Notes under the pieces: model-generated
What the model saw: only the letters and a program-made list of their open reading frames with translations
Databases searched by the model: none
What the model was told of the DNA's origin: nothing
Position numbers and translations under genes: made by a program
Shown here: piece after piece, positions 27,101 to 39,775 of the stretch
Numbering within the stretch: the first letter of the stretch is position 1
How the letters are laid out: every line of letters starts with the position of its first letter
NCBI RefSeq assembly: GCF_964355755.1
Contig: NC_092675.1
Span: 13,077,812-13,141,811 of the forward strand
Direction: 5' to 3'
DNA: 64,000 bases
Source: Antedon mediterranea
Taxonomy: Eukaryota; Animalia; Echinodermata

Positions 27101-27500
27101 CATTTCGATGAAACTTGATTACACAAAAACATCAAAGTGCTTAAAATCACATTATAAACCGTTTTAGACCATTTTGAGCATTTCGATAACACTTTTCACA
27201 CAAAAACATCAAAGAGCACAAAATAGCTTAATATCGTATTTAAAAACGTTTTAGACCATTTTGAGCATTTAGACAAAACTTTTTCACACAAAACACCAAA
27301 GTGCTTAGAATAGCTTCAAATCGCATTTGGAGACGTTTTAGAACATTTTGTGTTTTTCGAAAAAAACTGTTAACATAAAAACACCAAAGTGCTTAGAATA
27401 GCTTCAAATCGCATTTGGAGACGTTTTAGAACATTTTGTGTTCGTCGAAAAAACCTGTTAACATAAAAACACCAAAGTGCTTAGAATAGCTTCAAATCGC
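17226..27500 (+). repeat. Tandem block duplication with 5470-bp period
   Basis: GATTTTCTAA 18211/23681, TTTAGAATAT 18251/23721, 7-bp deletion GAATAGCTTCATTTGG 18431/23901, TGTTAGAATA 20801/26271, ACGTTTCAGA 20831/26301. Confidence 0.9.
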
Positions 27501-30500
27501 ATTTGGAGACGTTTTAGAACATTTTGTGTTTTTCGAAAAAAACTGTTAACATAAAAACACCAAAGTGCTTAGAATAGCTTCAAATCGCATTTGGAGACGT
27601 TTTAGAACATTTTGTGTTCTTCGAAAAAACCTGTTAACATAAAAACACCAAAGTGCTTAGAATAGCTTCAAATCGCATTTGGAGACGTTTTAGACCATTT
27701 TGTGATTTTTGAAAAAACTTGTTAACATAAAAACACCAAAGTGCTTAGAATAGCTTCAAATCACATTTGGAGACGTTTTAGACCATTTTGTGATTTTCGA
27801 AAAAACTTGTTAACATAAAAACACGAAAGTGGTTAGAATAGCTTCAAATCGCATTTGGAAACGTTTTAGACCATTTTGTGATTTTCGAAAAAGATTGTTA
27901 ACATAAAAACACCAAAGTGCTTAGAATCACAATATAAACCGTTTTAGACCATTTTGAGCATTTCGATAACAATTTTCACACAAAAACATCAAAGAGCACA
28001 AAATAGCTTAATATCGTATTTAAAAATGTTTTAGACCATTTTGAGCATTTAGATAAAACTTTTTCACACAAAACACCAAAGTGCTTAGAATAGCTTCAAA
28101 TCGCATTTGGAGACGGTTTAGACCATTTTGTGATTTTGAAAAAACTTGTTAACATAAAAACACCAAAGTGCTTAGAATAGCTTCAAATCGCATTTGGAGA
28201 CGTTTTAGACCATTTTGTGATTTTCGAAAGAACTTGTTAACATAAAAACACCAAAGTGCTTAGAATAGCTTCAAATCGTATTTGGAGACGTTTTAGACCA
28301 TTTTGAGATTTTCGAAAAAACTTGGTTACACAAAAACATCAAAGTGCTTAAAATCACATTATAAACCGTTTTAGACCATTTTGAACATTTCGATAACACT
28401 TTTCACACAAAAACATCAAAGAGCACAAAATAGCTTAATATCGTATTTAAAAACGTTTTAGACCATTTTGAGCATTTCGACAAAACTTTTTCACACAAAA
28501 CACCAAAGTGCTTAGAATAGCTTCAAATCGCATTTGGAGACGTTTTAGACCAATTTGTGCATTTCGATGAAACTTGATTACACAAAAACATCAACGTTCT
28601 TAAAATCACATTATAAACCGTTTTAGACCATTTTGAGCATTTCGATAACACTTTTCACACAAAAACATCAAAGAGCACAAAATAGCTTAATATCGTATTT
28701 AAAAACGTTTTAGACCATTTTTTGAGCATTTAGACAAAACTTTTTCACACAAAACACCAAAGTGCTTAGAATAGCTTCAAATCGCATTTGGAGACGTTTT
28801 AGACCATTTTGTGCATTTCGATGAAACTTGGTTACACAAAAACATCAAAGTGCTTAAAATGACATTATAAATCGTTTTAGACCATTTTGAGCATTTCGAC
28901 AAAACTTTTTCACACAAAATACCAAAGGGCTTCAAATCGCATTTGGAGACGTTTTAGACCATTTTGTGATTTTCGAAAAAACTTTTTAACATAAAAACAC
29001 CAAAGTGCTTAGAATAGCTTCAAATCACATTTGGAGACGTTTTAGACCATTTTGTGATTTTCGAAAAAACTTGTTAACATAAAAACACGAAAGTGCTTAG
29101 AATAGCTTCAAATCGCATTTGGAAACGTTTTAGACCATTTTGTGATTTTCGAAAAAAATTGTTAACATAAAAACACCAAAGTGCTTAGAATCACATTATA
29201 AACCGTTTTAGACCATTTTGAGCATTTCGATAACAATTTTCACACAAAAACATCAAAGAGCACAAAATAGCTTAATATCGTATTTAAAAATGTTTTAGAC
29301 CATTTTGAGCATTTAGATAAAACTTTTTCACACAAAACACCAAAGTGCTTAGAATAGCTTCAAATCGCATTTGGAGACGTTTTAGACCATTTTGTGATTT
29401 TTGAAAAAACTTGTTAACATAAAAACACCAAAGTGTTAGAATAGCTTCAAATCACATTTGGAGACGTTTCAGACCATTTTGTGATTTTCGAAAAAACTTG
29501 TTAACATAAAAACACGAAAGTGCTTAGAATAGCTTCAAATCGAATTTGGAAACGTTTTAGACCATTTTGTGATTTTCGAAAAAACTTGTTAACATAAAAA
29601 CACGAAAGTGCTTAGAATAGCTTCAAATCGCATTTGGAAACGTTTTAGACCATTTTGTGATTTTCGAAAAAAATTGTTAACATAAAAACACCAAAGTGTT
29701 TAGAATAGCTTCAAATCGCATTTGGAGACGTTTTAGACCAATTTGTGATTTTCGAAAAAACTTATCAACATAAAAACACCAAAGGGTTTAGAATAGCTTC
29801 AAATCGCATTTGGAGACGTTTTAGACCATTTTGTGATTTTGAAAAAACTTGTTAACATAAAAACACCAAAGTGCTTAGAATAGCTTAAAATCGCATTTGG
29901 AGACGTTTTAGACCATTTTGTGATTTTCGAAAAAACTTGTTAACATAAAAACACCAAAGTGCTTAGAATAGCTTCAAATCGTATTTGGAGACGTTTTAGA
30001 CCATTTTGAGATTTTCGAAAAAACTTGGTTACACAAAAACATCAAAGTGCTTAAAATCACATTATAAACCGTTTTAGACCATTTTGAGCATTTCGATAAC
30101 ACTTTTCACACAAAAACATCAAAGAGCACAAAATAGCTTAATATCGTATTTAAAAACGTTTTAGACCATTTTGAGCATTTCGACAAAACTTTTTCACACA
30201 AAACACCAAAGTGCTTAGAATAGCTTCAAATCGCATTTGGAGACGTTTTAGACCAATTTGTGCATTTCGATGAAACTTGATTACACAAAAACATCAAAGT
30301 GCTTAAAATCACATTATAAACCGTTTTAGACCATTTTGAGCATTTCGATAACACTTTTCACACAAAAACATCAAAGAGCACAAAATAGCTTAATATCGTA
30401 TTTAAAAACGTTTTAGACCATTTTGAGCATTTAGACAAAACTTTTTCACACAAAACACCAAAGTGCTTAGAATAGCTTCAAATCGCATTTGGAGACGTTT

Positions 30501-30645
30501 TAGAACATTTTGTGTTTTTCGAAAAAAACTGTTAACATAAAAACACCAAAGTGCTTAGAATAGCTTCAAATCGCATTTGGAGACGTTTTAGAACATTTTG
30601 TGTTCGTCGAAAAAACCTGTTAACATAAAAACACCAAAGTGCTTA
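24320..30645 (+). repeat. Tandem block duplication with ~3163-bp period, nested in the 5470-bp duplication
   Basis: CGAAAGTGGT 24661/27824, ACGTTCTT 25431/28594, TGTTAGAATA 26271/29434, TCGTCG 27442/30604. Confidence 0.88.
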
Positions 30646-33600
30646 GAATAGCTTCAAATCGCATTTGGAGACGTTTTAGACCATTTTGTGATTTTCGAAA
30701 AAACTTGTTAACATAAAAACACCAAAGTGCTTCAAATCGCATTTGGAGACATTTTAGACCAATTTGTGATTTTTGAAAAAACTTGTTAACATAAAAACAC
30801 CAAAGTGCTTACAATAGCTTCAAATCGTATTTGGAGACGTTTTAGACCATTTTGTGATTTTCGAAAAAACTTGTTAACATAAAAACACCAAAGTACTTAG
30901 AATAGCTTCAAATCGCATTTGGAGACGTTTTAGACCATTTTATGCATTTCGATGAAACTTGGTTACACAAAAACATCAATGTGCTTAAAATCACATTATA
31001 ATCCGTTTTAGACCATTTTGAGCATTTCGATAACACTTTTCACACAAAAACATCAAAGAGCACAAAATAGCTTAATATCGTATTTAAAAACGTTTTAGAC
31101 CATTTTGAGCATTTAGACAAAACTTTTTCACACAAAACACCAAAGTGTTTAGAATAGCTTCAAATCGCATTTGGAGACGTTTTAGACCATTTTGTGATTT
31201 TCGAAAAAACTTGTTAACATAAAAACACCAAAGTGCTTCAAATCGCATTTGAGACATTTTAGACCAATTTGTGATTTTTGAAAAAACTTGTTAACATAAA
31301 AACACCAAAGTGCTTACAATAGCTTCAAATCGTATTTGGAGACGTTTTAGACCATTTTGTGATTTTCGAAAAAACTTGATAACATAAAAACACCAAAGTA
31401 CTTAGAATAGCTTCAAATCGCATTTGGAGACGTTTTAGACCATTTTATGCATTTCGATGAAACTTGGTTACACAAAAACATCAAAGTGCTTAAAATCACA
31501 TTATAATCCGTTTTAGACCATTTTGAGCATTTCGATAACACTTTTCACACAAAAACATCAAAGAGCACAAAATAGCTTAATATCGTATTTAAAAACTTTT
31601 TAGACCATTTTGAGCATTTCGACAAAACTTTTTCACACAAAACACCAAAGTGCTTAGAATAGCTTCAAATCGCATTTGGAGACGTTTTAGACCATTTTGT
31701 GATTTTCGAAAAAAATTGTTAACATAAAAACATCAAAGTGTACAGAATAGCTTCAAATCGCATTTGGAGACCGTTTTAGGCCAATTTGTGATTTTCGAAA
31801 AAACTTGTTAACCTAAAAATACCAAAGTGTTTAGAATAGCTTCAAATCGCATTTGGAGACGTTTTAGACCATTTTGTGATTTTCGAAAAAACTTGTTAAC
31901 ATAAAAACACCAAAGTGCTTAGAATAGCTTCAAATCACATTTGGAGACGTTTTAGACCATAAGTGCTTAGAATCACATTATAAACCGTTTTAGACCATTT
32001 TGAGCATTTCGATAACAATTTTCACACAAAAACATCAAAGAGCACAAAATAGCTTAATATCGTATTTAAAAATGTTTTAGACCATTTTGAGCATTTAGAT
32101 AAAACTTTTTCACACAAAACACCAAAGTGCTTAGAATAGCTTCAAATCGCATTTGGAGACGTTTTAGACCATTTTGTGATTTTTGAAAAAACTTGTTAAC
32201 ATAAAAACACCAAAGTGCTTAGAATAGCTTCAAATCACATTTGGAGAGGTTTTAGACCATTTTGTGATTTTCGAAAAAACTTGTTAACATAAAAACACGA
32301 AAGTGCTTAGAATAGCTTCAAATCGCATTTGGAAACGTTTTAGACCATTTTGTGATTTTCGAAAAAACTTGTTAACATAAAAACATGAAAGTGCTTAGAA
32401 TAGCTTCAAATCGTATTTGGAGACGTTTTAGACCATTTTGTGATTTTCGAAAAAACTTGTTAACATAAAAACACCAATGTGCTTAGAAAAGCTTCAAATC
32501 GCATTTTGAGACGTTTTAGACCATTTTGTGCATTTCGATGAAACTTGGTTACACAAAAACATCAAAGTGCTTAAAATCACATTATAAACCATTTTAGACC
32601 ATTTTGAGCATTTCGATAACACTTTTCACACAAAAACATCAAAGAGCACAAAATAGCTTAATATCGTATTTAAAAACGTTTTAGACCATTTTGAGCATTT
32701 CGACAAAACTTTTTCACACAAAACACCAAAGTGCTTAGAATAGCTTCAAATCGCATTTGGAGACGTTTTAGACCATTTTGTGATTTTCGAAAAAACTTGT
32801 TAACATAAAAACATCAAAGTGTACAGAATAACTTCAAATCGCATTTGGAGACCGTTTTAGGCCAATTTGTGATTTTCGAAAAAACTTGTTAACCTAAAAA
32901 TACCAAAGTGTTTAGAATAGCTTCAAATCGCATTTGGAGACGTTTTAGACCATTTTGTGATTTTCGAAAAAACTTGTTAACATAAAAACACCAAAGTGCT
33001 TCAAATCGCATTTGGAGACATTTTAGACCAATTTGTGATTTTTGAAAAAACTTGTTAACATAAAAACACCAAAGTGCATACAATAGCTTCAAATCGTATT
33101 TGGAGACGTTTTAGACCATTTTGTGATTTTCGAAAAAACTTGTTAACATAAAAACACCAAAGTACTTAGAATAGCTTCAAATCGAATTTGGAGACGTTTT
33201 AGACCATTTTATGCATTTCGATGAAACTTGGTTACACAAAAACATCAATGTGCTTAAAATCACATTATAATCCGTTTTAGACCATTTTGAGCATTTCGAT
33301 AACACTTTTCACACAAAAACATCAAAGAGCACAAAATAGCTTAATATCGTATTTAAAAACGTTTTAGACCATTTTGAGCATTTAGACAAAACTTTTTCAC
33401 ACAAAACACCAAAGTGTTTAGAATAGCTTCAAATCGCATTTGGAGACGTTTTAGACCATTTTGTGATTTTCGAAAAAACTTGTTAACATAAAAACACCAA
33501 AGTGCTTCAAATCGCATTTGAGACATTTTAGACCAATTTGTGATTTTTGAAAAAACTTGTTAACATAAAAACACCAAAGTGCTTACAATAGCTTCAAATC

Positions 33601-34001
33601 GTATTTGGAGACGTTTTAGACCATTTTGTGATTTTCGAAAAAACTTGTTAACATAAAAACACCAAAGTACTTAGAATAGCTTCAAATCGCATTTGGAGAC
33701 GTTTTAGACCATTTTATGCATTTCGATGAAACTTGGTTACACAAAAACATCAAAGTGCTTAAAATCACATTATAATCCGTTTTAGACCATTTTGAGCATT
33801 TCGATAACACTTTTCACACAAAAACATCAAAGAGCACAAAATAGTTTAATATCGTATTTAAAAACTTTTTAGACCATTTTGAGCATTTCGACAAAACTTT
33901 TTCACACAAAACACCAAAGTGCTTAGAATAGCTTCAAATCGCATTTGGAGACGTTTTAGACCATTTTGTGATTTTCGAAAAAAATTGTTAACATAAAAAC
34001 A
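30643..34001 (+). repeat. Dispersed duplicate of ~11998-15356 (offset 18645)
   Basis: TTGATAAC 12731/31376, GAGGTTTT 13601/32246, GCATACAATA 14431/33076. Identical ORF at 14244 and 32889. Confidence 0.9.
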
Positions 34002-34839
34002 CGAAAGTGCTTAGAATAGCTTCAAATCGCATTTGGAAACGTTTTAGACCATTTTGTGATTTTCGAAAAAAATTGTTAACATAAAAACACCAAAGTGTTT
34101 AGAATAGCTTCAAATCGCATTTGGAGACGTTTTAGACCAATTTGTGATTTTCGAAAAAACTTATCAACATAAAAACACCAAAGGGTTTAGAATAGCTTCA
34201 AATCGCATTTGGAGAAGTTTTAGACCATTTTGTGATTTTGAAAAAACTTGTTAACATAAAAACACCAAAGTGCTTAGAATAGCTTCAAATCGCATTTGGA
34301 GACGTTTTAGACCATTTTGTGATTTTCGAAAAAACTTGTTAACATAAAAACACCAAAGTGCTTAGAATAGCTTCAAATCGTATTTGGAGACGTTTTAGAC
34401 CATTTTGAGATTTTCGAAAAAAATTGGTTACACAAAAACATCAAAGTGCTTAAAATCACATTATAAACCGTTTTAGACCATCTTTAGCATTTCGGTAACA
34501 CTTTTCACACAAAAACATCAAAGAGCACAAAATAGCTTAATATCGTATTTAAAAACGTTTTAGACCATTTTGAGCATTTAGACAAAACTTTTTCACACAA
34601 AACACCAAAGTGCTTAGAATAGCTTCAAATCGCATTTGGAGACGTTTTAGACCATTTTGTGCATTTCGATGAAACTTGGTTACACAAAAACATCAAAGTG
34701 CTTAAAATCACATTATAAATCGTTTTAGACCATTTTGAGCATTTCGACAAAACTTTTTCACACAAAATACCAAAGTGCTTAGAATAGCTTCAAATCGCAT
34801 TTGGAGACGTTTTAGACCATTTTGTGATTTTCGAAAAAA

Positions 34840-35830
34840 CTTTTTAACATAAAAACACCAAAGTGCTTAGAATAGCTTCAAATCACATTTGGAGACGTTT
34901 TAGACCATAAGTGCTTAGAATCACATTATAAACCGTTTTAGACCATTTTGAGCATTTCGATAACAATTTTCACACAAAAACATCAAAGAGCACAAAATAG
35001 CTTAATATCGTATTTAAAAATGTTTTAGACCATTTTGAGCATTTAGATAAAACTTTTTCACACAAAACACCAAAGTGCTTAGAATAGCTTCAAATCGCAT
35101 TTGGAGACGTTTTAGACCATTTTGTGATTTTTGAAAAAACTTGTTAACATAAAAACACCAAAGTGCTTAGAATAGCTTCAAATCACATTTGGAGATGTTT
35201 TAGACCATTTTGTGATTTTTGAAAAAACTTGTTAACATAAAAACACGAAAGTGCTTAGAATAGCTTCAAATCGCATTTGGAAACGTTTTAGACCATTTTG
35301 TGATTTTCGAAAAAAATTGTTAACATAAAAACACGAAAGTGCTTAGAATAGCTTCAAATCGCATTTGGAAACGTTTTAGACCATTTTGTGATTTTCGAAA
35401 AAACTTTTTAACATAAAAACACCAAAGTGCTTAGAATAGCTTCAAATCACATTTGGAGACGTTTTAGACCATAAGTGCTTAGAATCACATTATAAACCGT
35501 TTTAGACCATTTTGAGCATTTCGATAACAATTTTCACACAAAAACATCAAAGAGCACAAAATAGCTTAATATCGTATTTAAAAATGTTTTAGACCATTTT
35601 GAGCATTTAGATAAAACTTTTTCACACAAAACACCAAAGTGCTTAGAATAGCTTCAAATCGCATTTGGAGACGTTTTAGACCATTTTGTGATTTTTGAAA
35701 AAACTTGTTAACATAAAAACACCAAAGTGCTTAGAATAGCTTCAAATCACATTTGGAGATGTTTTAGACCATTTTGTGATTTTTGAAAAAACTTGTTAAC
35801 ATAAAAACACGAAAGTGCTTAGAATAGCTT
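34840..35830 (+). repeat. Local tandem duplication, 564-bp (7-monomer) period
   Basis: CCATAAG at 34905 and 35469; GGAGATGTTT in both copies; 48+77+87+4x88 = 564. Confidence 0.82.
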
Positions 35831-37074
35831 CAAATCACATTTGGAGACGTTGTAGACCATTTTGTGATTATTGAAAAAACTTGTTAACATAAAAACACGA
35901 AAGTGCTTAGAATAGCTTCAAATCGCATTTGGAAACGTTTTAGACCATTTTGTGATTTTCGAAAAAGATTGTTAACATAAAAACACCAATGTGCTTAGAA
36001 TCACATTATAAACCGTTTTAGACCATTTTGAGCATTTCGATAACAATTTTCACACAAAAACATCAAAGAGCACAAAATAGCTTAATATCGTATTTATAAA
36101 TGTTTTAGACCATTTTGAGCATTTCGACAAAACTTTTTCACACAAAACACCAATGTGCTTAGAATAGCTTCAAATCGCATTTGGAGACGTTTTTTATACC
36201 ATTTTGTGATTTCGATGAAACTTGATTACACAAAAACATCAAAGTGCTTAAAATCACATTATAAACCGTTTTAGACCATTTTGAGCATTTCGATAACACT
36301 TTTCACACAAAAACATCAAAGAGCACAAAATAGCTTAATATCGTATTTAAAAACGTTTTAGACCATTTTGAGCATTTAGACAAAACTTTTTCACACAAAA
36401 CACCAAAGTGCTTAGAATAGCTTCAAATCGCATTTGGAGACGTTTTAGAACATTTTGTGTTTTTCGAAAAAAACTGTTAACATAAAAACACCAAAGTGCT
36501 TAGAATAGCTTCAAATCGCATTTTTAGACGTTTTAGAACATTTTGTGTTCTTCGAAAAAACCTGTTAACATAAAAACACCAAAGTGCTTAGAATAGCTTC
36601 AAATCGCATTTGGAGACGTTTTAGACCATTTTGTGATTTTTGAAAAAACTTGTTAACATAAAAACACCAAAGTGCTTAGAATAGCTTCAAATCACATTTG
36701 GAGACGTTTTAGACCATTTTGTGATTTTCGAAAAAGATTGTTAACATAAAAACACCAAAGTGCTTAGAATCACAATATAAACCGTTTTAGACCATTTTGA
36801 GCATTTCGATAACAATTTTCACACAAAAACATCAAAGAGCACAAAATAGCTTTATATCGAATTTAAAAATGTTTTAGACCATTTTGAGCATTTAGATAAA
36901 ACTTTTTCACACAAAACACCAAAGTGCTTAGAATAGCTTCAAATCGCATTTGGAGACGGTTTAGACCATTTTGTGATTTTGAAAAAACTTAACATAAAAA
37001 CACCAAAGTGCTTAGAATAGCTTCAAATCGCATTTGGAGACGTTTTAGACCATTTTGTGATTTTCGAAAGAACT

Positions 37075-38570
37075 TGTTAACATAAAAACACCAAAGTGCT
37101 TAGAATAGCTTCAAATCGTATTTGGAGACGTTTTAGACCATTTTGAGATTTTCGAAAAAACTTGGTTACACAAAAACATCAAAGTGCTTAAAATCACATT
37201 ATAAACCGTTTTAGACCATTTTGAACATTTCGATAACTTTTTTCACACAAAAACATCAAAGAGCACAAAATAGCTTAATATCGTATTTAAAAACGTTTTA
37301 GACCATTTTGAGCATTTCGACAAAACTTTTTCACACAAAACACCAAAGTGCTTAGAATAGCTTCAAATCGCATTTGGAGACGTTTTAGACCAATTTGTGC
37401 ATTTCGATGAAACTTGATTACACAAAAACATCAACGTGCTTAAAATCACATTATAAACCGTTTTAGACCATTTTGAGCATTTCGATAACACTTTTCACAC
37501 AAAAACATCAAAGAGCACAAAATAGCTTAATATCGTATTTAAAAACGTTTTAGACCATTTTTTGAGCATTTAGACAAAACTTTTTCACACAAAACACCAA
37601 AGTGCTTAGAATAGCTTCAAATCGCATTTGGAGACGTTTTAGACCATTTTGTGCATTTCGATGAAACTTGGTTACACAAAAACATCAAAGTGCTTAAAAT
37701 GACATTATAAATCGTTTTAGACCATTTTGAGCATTTCGACAAAACTTTTTCACACAAAATACCAAAGGGCTTCAAATCGCATTTGGAGACGTTTTAGACC
37801 ATTTTGTGATTTTCGAAAAAACTTGTTAACATAAAAACACCAAAGTGCTTAGAATAGCTTCAAATCGTATTTGGAGACGTTTTAGACCATTTTGAGATTT
37901 TCGAAAAAACTTGGTTACACAAAAACATCAAAGTGCTTAAAATCACATTATAAACCGTTTTAGACCATTTTGAACATTTCGATAACACTTTTCACACAAA
38001 AACATCAAAGAGCACAAAATAGCTTAATATCGTATTTAAAAACGTTTTAGACCATTTTGAGCATTTCGACAAAACTTTTTCACACAAAACACCAAAGTGC
38101 TTAGAATAGCTTCAAATCGCATTTGGACACGTTTTAGACCAATTTGTGCATTTCGATGAAACTTGATTACACAAAAACATCAACGTGCTTAAAATCACAT
38201 TATAAACCGTTTTAGACCATTTTGAGCATTTCGATAACACTTTTCACACAAAAACATCAAAGAGCACAAAATAGCTTAATATCGTATTTAAAAACGTTTT
38301 AGACCATTTTTTGAGCATTTAGACAAAACTTTTTCACACAAAACACCAAAGTGCTTAGAATAGCTTCAAATCGCATTTGGAGACGTTTTAGACCATTTTG
38401 TGCATTTCGATGAAACTTGGTTACACAAAAACATCAAAGTGCTTAAAATGACATTATAAATCGTTTTAGACCATTTTGAGCATTTCGACAAAACTTTTTC
38501 ACACAAAATACCAAAGGGCTTCAAATCGCATTTGGAGACGTTTTAGACCATTTTGTGATTTTCGAAAAAA
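37075..38570 (+). repeat. Local tandem duplication, 749-bp period
   Basis: GACATTATAAATCG at 37701/38450, AAAGGGCTTC at 37764/38513; CAACGTG and CATTTTTTGAG in both copies. Confidence 0.85.
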
Positions 38571-39775
38571 CTTTTTAACATAAAAACACCAAAGTGCTTA
38601 GAATAGCTTCAAATCACATTTGGAGACGTTTTAGACCATTTTGTGATTTTCGAAAAAACTTGTTAACATAAAAACACGAAAGTGCTTAGAATAGCTTCAA
38701 ATCGCATTTGGAAACGTTTTAGACCATTTTGTGATTTTCGAAAAAAATTGTTAACATAAAAACACCAAAGTGCTTAGAATCACATTATAAACCGTTTTAG
38801 ACCATTTTGAGCATTTCGATAACAATTTTCACACAAAAACATCAAAGAGCACAAAATAGCTTAATATCGTATTTAAAAATGTTTTAGACCATTTTGAGCA
38901 TTTAGATAAAACTTTTTCACACAAAACACCAAAGTGCTTAGAATAGCTTCAAATCGCATTTGGAGACGTTTTAGACCATTTTGTGATTTTTGAAAAAACT
39001 TGTTAACATAAAAACACCAAAGTGCTTAGAATAGCTTCAAATCACATTTGGAGACGTTTTAGACCATTTTGTGATTTTCGAAAAAACTTGTTAACATAAA
39101 AACACGAAAGTGCTTAGAATAGCTTCAAATCGCATTTGGAAACGTTTTAGACCATTTTGTGATTTTCGAAAAAACTTGTTAACATAAAAACACGAAAGTG
39201 CTTAGAATAGCTTCAAATCGCATTTGGAAACGTTTTAGACCATTTTGTGATTTTCGAAAAAACTTGTTAACATAAAAACACGAAAGTGCTTAGAATAGCT
39301 TCAAATCGCATTTGGAAACGTTTTAGACCATTTTGTGATTTTCGAAAAAAAATTGTTAACATAAAAACACCAAAGTGTTTAGAATAGCTTCAAATCGCAT
39401 TTGGAGACGTTTTAGACCAATTTGTGATTTTCGAAAAAACTTATCAACATAAAAACACCAAAGGGTTTAGAATAGCTTCAAATCGCATTTGGAGACGTTT
39501 TAGACCATTTTGTGATTTTGAAAAAACTTGTTAACATAAAAACACCAAAGTGCTTAGAATAGCTTCAAATCGCATTTGGAGACGTTTTAGACCATTTTGT
39601 GATTTTCGAAAAAACTTGTTAACATAAAAACACCAAAGTGCTTAGAATAGCTTCAAATCGTATTTGGAGACGTTTTAGACCATTTTGAGATTTTCGAAAA
39701 AACTTGGTTACACAAAAACATCAAAGTGCTTAAAATCACATTATAAACCGTTTTAGACCATTTTGAGCATTTCGG

